DNA of 64,000 bases. Origin: an uncultured Verrucomicrobiae bacterium. Lineage in GTDB: Bacteria; Chlamydiota; Chlamydiia; Chlamydiales; Rhabdochlamydiaceae. The position numbers and the translations under genes are program-made. The stretch is taken from the NCBI GenBank assembly GCA_963718565.1, contig OY970364.1, forward strand, positions 256,001 through 320,000, written 5' to 3'. The notes beneath the pieces were generated by a model. That model made no database searches. It was not told the origin of the DNA and saw only the letters and a list, made by a program, of their open reading frames with translations. This document shows, in pieces, positions 9,631 to 18,570 of the stretch. Numbering within the stretch: position 1 is the stretch's first letter; every line of letters begins with the position of its first letter.

Positions 9631-10428
9631 ATGAAGGAAAGTGAAAAGCGAGTTTTGATTAATACTATTAATTCTTCAGGATCAATCCTGGAAGAGCAAG
9701 TGTTTTCGGCACTTTCAAAAAGTCGTTTTGGAAATGAAATTGAAAAAGGTAAAGCCTTTACCTTTCAAGATGAACGGATCGAGATTGATTGCTTACTTTC
9801 GACATTTCGTCTCCGTTTTTTATTTGAGTGTAAAAGATCTTTCTATTCCTTCTATTTTCTGAGGTCTACAGAATATAGAAATGAAGGTTGTTTGATACAG
9901 CAAAATGCAGGATTGAGAACAATACAGATCAATCCACAAACCATGCTAAAATCTAAATTAAAAACTTTCCCTTATTGCCTTGAAATTTTAGAAAATCAAG
10001 GTGTGTTTCAAAGGGCTAAGAAGGGTAAAATAGATTTTGCGCCTGAACTAGCTGAGAGAGCAGGCAGAGAAGAAATATTACATGGATTCACGCGACAAAC
10101 CTTCAAAAACTTGGAAGCGTATATTTGGAAGCTACACCAAAAGCGGGAGTTTCTTTCAGAATTTGTCACCTTCCTTCCTGTAATTGTAACAAATGCGAAG
10201 CTTTATTCAATGGAATTTAAACCAGAGCAGATTGATGCTGATGGTAATTTGCAGGACTTTTGTAATTATCAACAGGAAAATTATGTAGGTTTTAACTTTT
10301 CAGATTCAGTGAAATGGGATGCCGGAAAGCAGGAAATAATTACAGAGTCAGGAAGCTATGAAAAAACGGTTTTTGTTGTTAACGTTAACCATCTATTAAG
10401 TTTTGTTGAAGGAATCAAACAACTTTAA
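9631..10428 (+). CDS. Hypothetical protein, PD-(D/E)XK nuclease-like
   Basis: GSILEEQV...EIDCLL...FLFECKRS fits the E..D..ExK pattern. Confidence 0.55.
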   Translation: MKESEKRVLINTINSSGSILEEQVFSALSKSRFGNEIEKGKAFTFQDERIEIDCLLSTFRLRFLFECKRSFYSFYFLRSTEYRNEGCLIQQNAGLRTIQINPQTMLKSKLKTFPYCLEILENQGVFQRAKKGKIDFAPELAERAGREEILHGFTRQTFKNLEAYIWKLHQKREFLSEFVTFLPVIVTNAKLYSMEFKPEQIDADGNLQDFCNYQQENYVGFNFSDSVKWDAGKQEIITESGSYEKTVFVVNVNHLLSFVEGIKQL

Positions 10429-10435
10429 TTTCCAG

Positions 10436-13400
10436 TTAGGAAATTGAGCGTCTATCACTTTTGAGTGCTCGTAAAAAAGTGAAATCGCCTTTTACTTGGA
10501 TACGAACAATATCAAACCCAATTTTAGCGAGTTCATCTTCAAATCCGATGAGATTTTGGAATCGAGAGGTTGCTTCTGCAATCCAAAGATGCCCGTCGAG
10601 TTTTAAGCATCTATGGGCCTCTTTTATGTAATCTACGTAGTTAGTTCCCATTAGTGAAAGCGAGAAAATTGCTCCATCCAAAGAGTCATCATCTAGTGGG
10701 ACATGAGCTATATCACAAGGTGTGACATCTTCATTAATCGCTATGTGGTCAAAAGAATAAATCTTGTTTTCTACCTCTTTGGCAAGTAATGCCTCTCCAC
10801 AGCCAAAATCTCCAATTACTAGATGAGGTCGCGCTTTACACCATTTGATTGCTTCTTGATAAGGAACGATTGTCCACTCTTTCCGTGCTTCGCGGTACAT
10901 AGCATGATAATACTCCCAATCCTCTGGACTTTTTTGGAATCTTTTATGAGTTGTAGCGCTGTTTGTAGAATTTAACTGATGGTTCATTTTAGAAAAATCG
11001 CCAAACTTCCTTACGCCCTTTTGGATAACTTCATCTGAGAGCCGAAGGTCAATCTTTCGTCGTTCAATCTCATGCAAGTCACCTTCTTCCAGCCGTTTTA
11101 GCCAGTTCATAGTATCTTGATATGCCTGAGCAGGAGTTCTTAAGTGCCCTTCTGGGATGATTCCATCAACAGCAGCATCGGCAATTGATTTTTTAAATAG
11201 GATACGATTCCATCTTGAATCACACCATGACCACCGTTCTCCATTGATACTCGCGTAAGTGAGGGGCACAATAATATCAACATAATCGCTTTTCTGCCCT
11301 TGTCGATAAATTCTGCCTTTTAACTGCTCAAATTCGGCATGGGTCCAGGGCAATGTATTGATGATGATTCGATTACACACATGCTGTAATCCGTCAATAC
11401 CAGTTCCTAGACAGCTTGAAGCAATCAAAATATCAGCATCAAATTTGATAAATTCTTCTAGGCCGCTTTTATCATCACCTGAAAAAATTGCGGTTTTCCA
11501 GCCATGATTCTCAATAGCTTCCTTCAATGGAATCACAATATCTTTGAGGTAATGGGTATACACAATGGTTTTTGGCTTAAGATTTTCTAGAATTATTGGA
11601 ATCTTTACTTGAGTTAGAACGGCCTCAAGATCGACCATAGAACCTTGTAGGCTAACATTTTTAATTTGTTCAAGATGGGAACTACAATCCACCTCAATCG
11701 TTTTTACATCTATTTTCTGTTGATAGCGAGGAAGCCACCTGATTCCAGTTGATACCAGCTTCTGATATAATGCTATGCAATTACCTACGGATGGAGTGGT
11801 ATGTAAGTCATCATGGATAAAGCCTGTGATAAGCTCGATCAGCGTTTTCCCTTCAAAAAGATTATTAATCACTGGGGTAGCAGACATGCCTAGAACATGG
11901 AGATTATCATTTTTATCGGCAGCTTCTGACAATAGTGCTGAAATGACTTTTTTGCGTTTTGACATGTCTTCGACAATGCGTTGTTTCGAGTAGTGAATTT
12001 CATCGATGACAATGAAGTCTATTTTTTGACGTTCTATGAGATCTTTAAGCTTGCTTTCGGATTGCGGCTGTTGGAAAAATTCGTAGTTGAGTATCAAGTA
12101 TGCATGTGTGTTCGGTGGTATGGATGTCTTAATATCTTTGATGAAAATCATACTATCTGGGTAGATAGTTTCTATCTTATTTTTCCATCCGCTCACTACA
12201 TTATTTGGGCAACAAATAAGGGTAAAATGAGCGTCGATTACTCTGCTAGAAAGAATAGCAGATAGTGTTTTGCCCGCACCTGTTCCTGACCAGTTTCCTA
12301 ATCTTCTACGTGATTTCACAATATAAGCAGTAAACCGCTGCATTAGATTAGGAAGGGAAATTTCTCCATTTACTTTAAAGTTATATCCAGAAGGTATTTG
12401 TAATTCTTTTGCACCTACATAATCGGATAAAAATAGTTTTTTTACTTCCTGTGGGTAGGCACCAGTATTATTATACTGCTCAAGTTGTCGAATAGCTTCA
12501 GTTTCATTAGAAAAAGTGTGTTGCCAAATTTTGGCTACGGCCTCCTTGATAAAGAAATCAATGGCTTCATTATCAAGGTTTGAAAAAAGCTTACTGTCTA
12601 AAGCGGATAAAATATCTTTTGTTTCAACAATCGGGAAGTCGTCTTCAAGGATCAATTCATTTTCAGATAAGCAATTATTAGAAGCTTGTAAATTATCTTC
12701 CTGATTATCTTCTAAGGACGAATCTGGATCATTTAAAAATTGATCTACTAAGGAAGGAAGCCCGTCGACAAATTTCTCAAGTTCATCCTTAGGAAAGCGA
12801 CCCGTTTTAAGAGCTTGCACAAATGATTTTCCTTTACTAAGGCTATCAATACTCAGCAAACCATTTTGCTGAAACAGAACATAAAGCCCGGCTGGAGAAA
12901 TTCGATCCAGATAAGGAATTAGAGATTGTACAAAGTGGCGAATATTCTCTATCGTCCAACCAAGGTTACAGTAAGAACATCCTCTTCCCTTCACTCGATT
13001 TTTCACTGTAGACTCCCAGACGTGAGAGGAGTCCTTTTGACATCTCCAGACTATTTTATCGTTACTTCCAGGAGTCACATCGTAGGGAGTTTTTTGATTG
13101 GCAGAAGGATCCCATTCTTTAGCAAGCTCTGGGTAAAGTATTGCTAAACAATTTGATGAAGCAACTTTTTGACCCCGGCAATATGGACATCCTGTCCCAT
13201 GCACTCGATCACTTACTGTTGCTTTCCAGTTATGCGAGGAGTCTTTTTTACATATCCAACTTACTTTTCGGCCACTACCGGCCGTTACTTCATACGGAGT
13301 TAGAGAGTTGCTCTCAAAATCCCACTCTTTTGCGATATCTGGATAAAGAGCTGCTAAGCAGTTTGTTGAGGATGTCTTTTTGCCCTTACAATAAGGACAT

Positions 13401-14233
13401 CCAGTGTTATCTCTTCTGCCAGCTCGAGACGAGACTGCTGTAATCCATTTGTGAGTAGAATCAATATTACAAACCCAAGCGACCTTCTGAGCACTACCAG
13501 GGCTCACATCATATGGTGTATTGGAGTTAGCTTCCGGGTCCCATTCCTTCGCAATATCTGGGAAAAGCGTTGCTAAGCAATTCGATAAAGCAACTCTTTG
13601 CCCCTGACAGAATGGACATTTGCCGCGTTTTTTTTCTGATCGAGAAGTACGGGCTCCTATAGGAGCAATCCATGTATGATCTACTCCATTAGCGCATTTC
13701 CAATAGACTTTGCGTCCACTACCAGCAGTGACGTCATATGGAGTTAGGGACTCATTCTTTACATGATCCCATTCAGAGGCTACGTCTGGGTGCGTTGTGG
13801 CAAGACAATTAGATTTGATAACTTTAAATCCTCTGCAAATAGGGCATCCGGTTGTATTTTTTGGTCTTGCAACATTGTATGGTGGAGCTTCCCATTCATG
13901 TTCATCGGCAATAGGGCATTTCCACCAAACTTTCTTATGAGTTTTTGCTGTTATTGTGTAAGGAGAACAATCAGTATTTTTTGTAGGATGCCATAAATTT
14001 AGAAGTTTAGGATGAGTGGATGCCAATGAAAATTTGCAAAATTTACAACTAGAGTCAGTTTGCTTACATCTATTGTATGGGGATTCTTTCCATTCATGTC
14101 CCTTGTCACAAATCCACCAGATTGCTCCTGTATATTTTGACGAAATAGTTTTAGTCGATAAGCTTAGATTTTTATGAGGATGAATCTGTGATGCTAGATC
14201 TGGTCGAACCAGTGTTAAATCATTTTTTTTCAT
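10436..14233 (-). CDS. Multidomain protein: 6 Zn-ribbon (DUF4379-like) repeats + SF2 helicase + RRP8-like SAM methyltransferase
   Basis: Six L..P..A.EW..N...W.C...H.W...CPxC repeats; GTGAGKT, DEIH, SATP and GRIYRQGQ helicase motifs; C-terminal DFGCGEA...CDIAHVPL...FSLSLMGTN. Confidence 0.8.
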   Translation of the reverse strand: MKKNDLTLVRPDLASQIHPHKNLSLSTKTISSKYTGAIWWICDKGHEWKESPYNRCKQTDSSCKFCKFSLASTHPKLLNLWHPTKNTDCSPYTITAKTHKKVWWKCPIADEHEWEAPPYNVARPKNTTGCPICRGFKVIKSNCLATTHPDVASEWDHVKNESLTPYDVTAGSGRKVYWKCANGVDHTWIAPIGARTSRSEKKRGKCPFCQGQRVALSNCLATLFPDIAKEWDPEANSNTPYDVSPGSAQKVAWVCNIDSTHKWITAVSSRAGRRDNTGCPYCKGKKTSSTNCLAALYPDIAKEWDFESNSLTPYEVTAGSGRKVSWICKKDSSHNWKATVSDRVHGTGCPYCRGQKVASSNCLAILYPELAKEWDPSANQKTPYDVTPGSNDKIVWRCQKDSSHVWESTVKNRVKGRGCSYCNLGWTIENIRHFVQSLIPYLDRISPAGLYVLFQQNGLLSIDSLSKGKSFVQALKTGRFPKDELEKFVDGLPSLVDQFLNDPDSSLEDNQEDNLQASNNCLSENELILEDDFPIVETKDILSALDSKLFSNLDNEAIDFFIKEAVAKIWQHTFSNETEAIRQLEQYNNTGAYPQEVKKLFLSDYVGAKELQIPSGYNFKVNGEISLPNLMQRFTAYIVKSRRRLGNWSGTGAGKTLSAILSSRVIDAHFTLICCPNNVVSGWKNKIETIYPDSMIFIKDIKTSIPPNTHAYLILNYEFFQQPQSESKLKDLIERQKIDFIVIDEIHYSKQRIVEDMSKRKKVISALLSEAADKNDNLHVLGMSATPVINNLFEGKTLIELITGFIHDDLHTTPSVGNCIALYQKLVSTGIRWLPRYQQKIDVKTIEVDCSSHLEQIKNVSLQGSMVDLEAVLTQVKIPIILENLKPKTIVYTHYLKDIVIPLKEAIENHGWKTAIFSGDDKSGLEEFIKFDADILIASSCLGTGIDGLQHVCNRIIINTLPWTHAEFEQLKGRIYRQGQKSDYVDIIVPLTYASINGERWSWCDSRWNRILFKKSIADAAVDGIIPEGHLRTPAQAYQDTMNWLKRLEEGDLHEIERRKIDLRLSDEVIQKGVRKFGDFSKMNHQLNSTNSATTHKRFQKSPEDWEYYHAMYREARKEWTIVPYQEAIKWCKARPHLVIGDFGCGEALLAKEVENKIYSFDHIAINEDVTPCDIAHVPLDDDSLDGAIFSLSLMGTNYVDYIKEAHRCLKLDGHLWIAEATSRFQNLIGFEDELAKIGFDIVRIQVKGDFTFLRALKSDRRSIS

Positions 14234-14342
14234 TTTGAAAGCTTATTTAAGTTCCAGCTAGTCTAGCATGTTTATTATTTTCGTTACACTTTCTGTTTGT
14301 TGTTAAATAATCAGTAATATGTTTTTAATTAAAAATTTATGA

Positions 14343-15410
14343 TTATTTCTGATTGCTGAATAACTTCTCGGTGAGAGTTAATGTTATGGAATACAGATGA
14401 GCATTGGAGAGATGGGCGTACCGCTTGGTCATTTGGACAGTTTTGTGGCCGAGCAGAGTTCCGATTTCTAGCAGGCTCGCTTGATTCATGGCCAAGTAGG
14501 AAGCGGCTGTATGCCGAAGGTCGTGAAAGCGGAAGTTGAAAATATTGGCTTTGCTTAAAGCGGTTTCCCAAGCAGAACGAATGTCGATAGGTTTACATGG
14601 AGAATGTGGAGCAGGAAATACGAGAGAATCAACGGCTTGATTGGCGTATTTTGAACGCAAAAGATCTAGAGCTATTCCGACAAGAGGGATAAAACGCCGC
14701 TCACCATTCTTTGTGGTTTGTAAGAGGATTGAACCTCGAGCTAGATCGATATCGCTCCATTTGAGATTCATGATTTCTCCTCTCCTCATGCCCGTTGAAA
14801 GAGCTAGTATAACAATTGGGTAGAGTCCTTTTGATTCGCTTTCTCGGCAGGCAGATAGCAGCCTTTCCTTTTCATCATCGTTGAGAAAGCGAGTTCTTCC
14901 ATTGGAAATTTTCGGCTTTGAGATTTTCATGATGGGATTTTCCTGGATCCATTCCCAATCCTTAACCGCGATAGCGAAGGCATGAGAGAGGCTGGCAAGA
15001 TAGCGAACTACGGTTGTGGAAGAACGGATCTTGCCTTTACAAGTCAGTCCTGAAAGGAGTTCATCCCGTTTTTGTGCAATGAGGCTTGGCTTGATATCTG
15101 AAAGGAGGCAATGTCCCAGTTCCTGTTTCCACCAGAGAAGATGTTGGCGGACGTTTCTTGCGTTTTTTGGCTTTGAGGGAAGAACTCTTTCGATATAGCG
15201 GTCGATCAGTTCGGCTAAAGTATTTTTGCTGCCAGGTTTGTCATATGCATATTTGCCTTGTTCAACCGCTGATTCAGTATCGCGTTTCCATTTCATGGCG
15301 AGGGTTTTGGAAGCGAACGATTGGATGAGAACTGGATGTCCTTTGATGCGAACGCGGGCGCGGTAGGAAACCGTCCCGTTTTTATGGATGCGTTTGTCGA
15401 TGCCTTTCAC
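14343..15410 (-). CDS. Tyrosine recombinase/integrase adjacent to tRNA
   Basis: GMRRGE, TKNG, FHDLRH, LGH and KRYAH motifs; paralogue of 6068..7204. Confidence 0.93.
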   Translation of the reverse strand: MKGIDKRIHKNGTVSYRARVRIKGHPVLIQSFASKTLAMKWKRDTESAVEQGKYAYDKPGSKNTLAELIDRYIERVLPSKPKNARNVRQHLLWWKQELGHCLLSDIKPSLIAQKRDELLSGLTCKGKIRSSTTVVRYLASLSHAFAIAVKDWEWIQENPIMKISKPKISNGRTRFLNDDEKERLLSACRESESKGLYPIVILALSTGMRRGEIMNLKWSDIDLARGSILLQTTKNGERRFIPLVGIALDLLRSKYANQAVDSLVFPAPHSPCKPIDIRSAWETALSKANIFNFRFHDLRHTAASYLAMNQASLLEIGTLLGHKTVQMTKRYAHLSNAHLYSITLTLTEKLFSNQK

Positions 15411-15579
15411 GAAGCTTACCTTTGGTTTTAGTTTTCAAAGGTTAGCTGCTGGGCTTATCGCCAATTGTTGTAGGCGAGTGGTCCACAAATGGTCCACGGA
15501 GAGGAATCGCACTTTGGGCTGATTTTGATGCTATTGCATAACCAGCTCATTTTTAGTGCGATAAACTCGGAAAGAAATG

Positions 15580-15653
15580 TGGGGCAACCTGGACTTGAAC
15601 CAGGGACCGACGGGTTATGAGTCCGCTGCTCTAACCGACTGAGCTATTGCCCC
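15580..15653 (-). tRNA. tRNA with CAT anticodon, probably tRNA-Ile2 (lysidine); elongator Met not excluded
   Basis: GGGGCAATAGCTCAGTCGGTTAGAGCAGCGGACTCATAACCCGTCGGTCCCTGGTTCAAGTCCAGGTTGCCCCA folds as a cloverleaf. Confidence 0.9.
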
Positions 15654-15740
15654 ATAATGGAAGGCTGGAATCATAGCGAAGGGGATCGGCTATTGCAAGG
15701 AAGATTTATGATCTATAGAGCTTGCCTGGATTTTAAAATG

Positions 15741-15878
15741 CTATACTGCGCCCAGTCTAAAAATGCGAATTTAGAGGGTCTTAGAACAGTCCGGGCTTGA
15801 ACGAAGCAAAGCGATCGTTCAAAGATGGGCGTTATAATGGCCCCATAAATTCGCATTTTTAGACTGGGCGCAGTATAG
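15741..15878. repeat. Palindromic MITE-like element, family B
   Basis: 33-bp perfect terminal inverted repeats CTATACTGCGCCCAGTCTAAAAATGCGAATTTA; a lone end recurs at 48561-48579. Confidence 0.75.
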
Positions 15879-15969
15879 ATGGCAGCATTGAATTTTTGCG
15901 CTTCGGACGGGGGAGCGGAGATTTTGCCTGTTCTCTTTTCTTGCTGCTAGAGATAAGCAAGCCCTTAAA

Positions 15970-16203
15970 CTATCGGGCTTTTCGGGATTTGCTTTTTCGG
16001 GATTTGTGAACCATTTTCTTATAGCGGGCTGCAAGTTTGCCGATGCTGAAGCGGTCGCTCTTTTGATGCATTTCGTGAAATTTTTTCATGAGTCTTTTTT
16101 GGACTTTTTTCCCTTCATTGGTATTGAAGAGCAGGGTTGTCAATGCGCCTACTGTGCTGCCGACAATGGCGCCGATCATGAACTTGTTTGAACGTTTTTG
16201 CAT
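15970..16203 (-). CDS. YtxH-domain (general stress/gas-vesicle-like) protein
   Basis: FMIGAIVGSTVGALTTLLFNTNEGKKVQ motif. Confidence 0.65.
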   Translation of the reverse strand: MQKRSNKFMIGAIVGSTVGALTTLLFNTNEGKKVQKRLMKKFHEMHQKSDRFSIGKLAARYKKMVHKSRKSKSRKAR

Positions 16204-16205
16204 AA

Positions 16206-16439
16206 CTAACTTCCTTTTTTTAATTTGTTCCATAATTGAATGCCTTCGGCGGTCCAGTTAATGATCTCTGCGAGGTTGTTTTCGCCTCGCGATGAAGCGA
16301 AATGCTTAAGCGAGTCGATGAGGGGTTGGGTTGATTTTTTGCGCCCTTGGCGTGTGAGAGAAATGGCTGCAATCCCTACAATCCCTCCGATCAATGCTCC
16401 TAAGAGAAAATCTTTTGCGCCTGGATGAGTTTTAGCCAT
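16206..16439 (-). CDS. Small YtxH-like membrane protein
   Basis: DFLLGALIGGIVGIAAI N-terminal helix; operonic spacing. Confidence 0.55.
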   Translation of the reverse strand: MAKTHPGAKDFLLGALIGGIVGIAAISLTRQGRKKSTQPLIDSLKHFASSRGENNLAEIINWTAEGIQLWNKLKKGS

Positions 16440-16441
16440 AA

Positions 16442-16723
16442 TTACTTCTTTTTGAATGCGTTAAATAAAGCAATGCCGTCTGTTGCGAACTGGATAATCT
16501 CAGCGATTTTGTTGGACTTGCGATGCTTTTTATCGGTTTTTTTACCAAATCCCGATAGGGGGCGAAAAAAGACATTGAGTGCCTGAGATTTCTCTTTGAG
16601 ATCTAAGGCTAAATCATTTGTGGTTTTAAGCATTTCGTTGAGTTTGGTCAAAGTGATCACGAGATAGATCACTAAAACGACAAAAGCAACCGAAATGATC
16701 CCAACGCAGACATCGACAATCAT
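16442..16723 (-). CDS. DUF948/YtxG-like membrane protein
   Basis: N-terminal TM helix (IISVAFVVLVIYLVITL) then coiled coil; upstream of YtxH-like genes. Confidence 0.6.
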   Translation of the reverse strand: MIVDVCVGIISVAFVVLVIYLVITLTKLNEMLKTTNDLALDLKEKSQALNVFFRPLSGFGKKTDKKHRKSNKIAEIIQFATDGIALFNAFKKK

Positions 16724-16822
16724 CTTTTAGCCGAAAATAAGAGCTTTCTATTTCATACTATCTTATTTTTATTTTGGCGTTATTTAGTTTTTGTGTAAAT
16801 AAAATTTAGCGTTTTAATTTAA

Positions 16823-17003
16823 GAGGGAATTGCAAAACTCCTCGCCAGCAGAAAATCGATGATTTGGCACCTGTTGCCAGAACCCGCACAGCGGGTTCGG
16901 TTGGCGGCGGCGAAAGCATACTTGGATAAGTAGGAGAGCCGCCACCAAGGCGACAGGTGCCAAAAGCGCGGTTTTATGCAGCGAGGAGTTTTGCAATTCC
17001 CTC
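16823..17003. repeat. Palindromic MITE-like element, family A (medium form)
   Basis: Ends GAGGGAATTGCAAAACTCCTCGC / GCGAGGAGTTTTGCAATTCCCTC. Confidence 0.85.
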
Positions 17004-17012
17004 TTAAGATAA

Positions 17013-18554
17013 TTATTCCCATTCGATCGTGCCTGGAGGTTTTGAAGTGATGTCATAGACGACGCGCGAGATGCCTGACACTTCGTTGACGATTCTCGAA
17101 CTGACACGGCTCAAGAACTCATGGGGAAAGGAGAAAAAGTCAGCAGTCATTCCATCACAGCTTGTGACAGCCCTCAAGGCAATGACATGGCCGGTGAATC
17201 GGCCATCTCCCATGACGCCGACAGACTTTAGAGGAAGAAAAAGGGCAAAGGCTTGCCAGATCTGATCATAAAGTCCAGCGTTTTCAATTTCTTCGAGAAA
17301 GATCTGGTCGGCGAGCCGCAGAGCCTGTAGGCGGTCTTCTGTCACTTCTCCGAGAATTCGAATAGCCAGGCCGGGACCTGGAAATGGATGCCTCCAGACA
17401 AGCTTTCGAGGAAGGTTAAGAATTTCGCAAAGATGTCTGACTTCATCTTTAAACAGTCCTGCATTCGGCTCGATGATCAATCCTTGCTGTCGTTTTTTTT
17501 CGACAATAGGGGCATTCACATTGTGGTGGCTTTTAATCACAGCTGCATTTTTCCCGCACCCTTTCCCGCTTTCGATCAAGTCGGTATAGAGCGTTCCTTG
17601 GCAAATCAATGTTTTTTCTTCATCTAGGTTTAGCTTTTCCATTTCTCTGTTGAGAATTTTGATGAATAGATCGCCGATTGTATGCCGTTTTTCTTCGGGG
17701 TCTGTCATCCCTTGGATTGCAGAGAGAAATTCCTTAGAAGCATCGATCAGGGTCAAATGGTTCATGCCTTGTTCTTCTAAAAGCTGTTTCACGCTTGCAC
17801 TTTCGTTCTCTCGCATCAATCCTGTATCAATGTGGAGGGGAAGAACGCGCTCTGGCCCTAATGCGTGCATGCACAACACTGTGGCAGCTGTTGAATCGAC
17901 GCCTCCACTCATCAGACTGATGATTGTGCCGTTTTTTACTTTCTCGCGGATCTCTTCTTGGATGCATTTGTAATAGTTTTCGAGGGTCCAGCTTTGCGAA
18001 CATTGGCACATCTGGATAAAGTTTTTTAACATCTGGTTTCCGCTTGGAGTGTGCGTGACTTCGGGGTGGAATTGGATCCCAAAATGAGGGTGTTCTCGAT
18101 GTTCGAATGCGGCGATTATCCCTTCTTTGCTATGGGCAATTGGAGTGTAGCAAGGGGCGATTTGATGAATGCTTTCCCGGTGGCTCATCCAAACAGTTTC
18201 TTCTTCAGCCAATCCTTTAAAAAGAGGGGAGTCGGGGAGAAGAGAAATAGATTGTTTTCCATATTCTCCTTTTTCAAAGCGGGCTACAGTTCCCTGATGG
18301 AGCGTATTCATCAACTGCATTCCAAAACAGATGCCTAAAATGGGAAGGGACGGTTGTAGAAGATCGGCAGAAAAAGCAAAGGACTTCTCCTCCACTGAAG
18401 AGGGGCTCCCTGATAAAATCAATCCTTTTGTTCCCAAGGGGAGGGTGGAAAGATCCGGAGGATGAATTTCTGCAAGGACGCGCATTTCACGAATCCGTCT
18501 TGCAATCAGCTGTGTGTATTGCGACCCAAAATCAAGGATGATGATTTTATCCAA
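17013..18554 (-). CDS. guaA: GMP synthase (glutamine-hydrolysing)
   Basis: ILDFGSQYTQLIARR, GICFGMQ, QFHPEV, SGGVDS and YDITSKPPGTIEWE. Confidence 0.97.
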   Translation of the reverse strand: MDKIIILDFGSQYTQLIARRIREMRVLAEIHPPDLSTLPLGTKGLILSGSPSSVEEKSFAFSADLLQPSLPILGICFGMQLMNTLHQGTVARFEKGEYGKQSISLLPDSPLFKGLAEEETVWMSHRESIHQIAPCYTPIAHSKEGIIAAFEHREHPHFGIQFHPEVTHTPSGNQMLKNFIQMCQCSQSWTLENYYKCIQEEIREKVKNGTIISLMSGGVDSTAATVLCMHALGPERVLPLHIDTGLMRENESASVKQLLEEQGMNHLTLIDASKEFLSAIQGMTDPEEKRHTIGDLFIKILNREMEKLNLDEEKTLICQGTLYTDLIESGKGCGKNAAVIKSHHNVNAPIVEKKRQQGLIIEPNAGLFKDEVRHLCEILNLPRKLVWRHPFPGPGLAIRILGEVTEDRLQALRLADQIFLEEIENAGLYDQIWQAFALFLPLKSVGVMGDGRFTGHVIALRAVTSCDGMTADFFSFPHEFLSRVSSRIVNEVSGISRVVYDITSKPPGTIEWE

Positions 18555-18570
18555 AGGTTTCTCCTTTAAC

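Larger units (their letters stand above)
338..15580. mobile_element. tRNA-anchored genomic/defence island (left boundary not identified, may lie outside the window)
   Basis: Integrase next to the tRNA 3' end, second integrase module, defence cargo; core genes resume after the tRNA. Confidence 0.7.

Noticed and set aside
10436..14233. Type I/III restriction-modification fusion
   Set aside because: No DPPY/NPPY motif and no Mod/HsdS partner; the MTase domain looks Rrp8-like.
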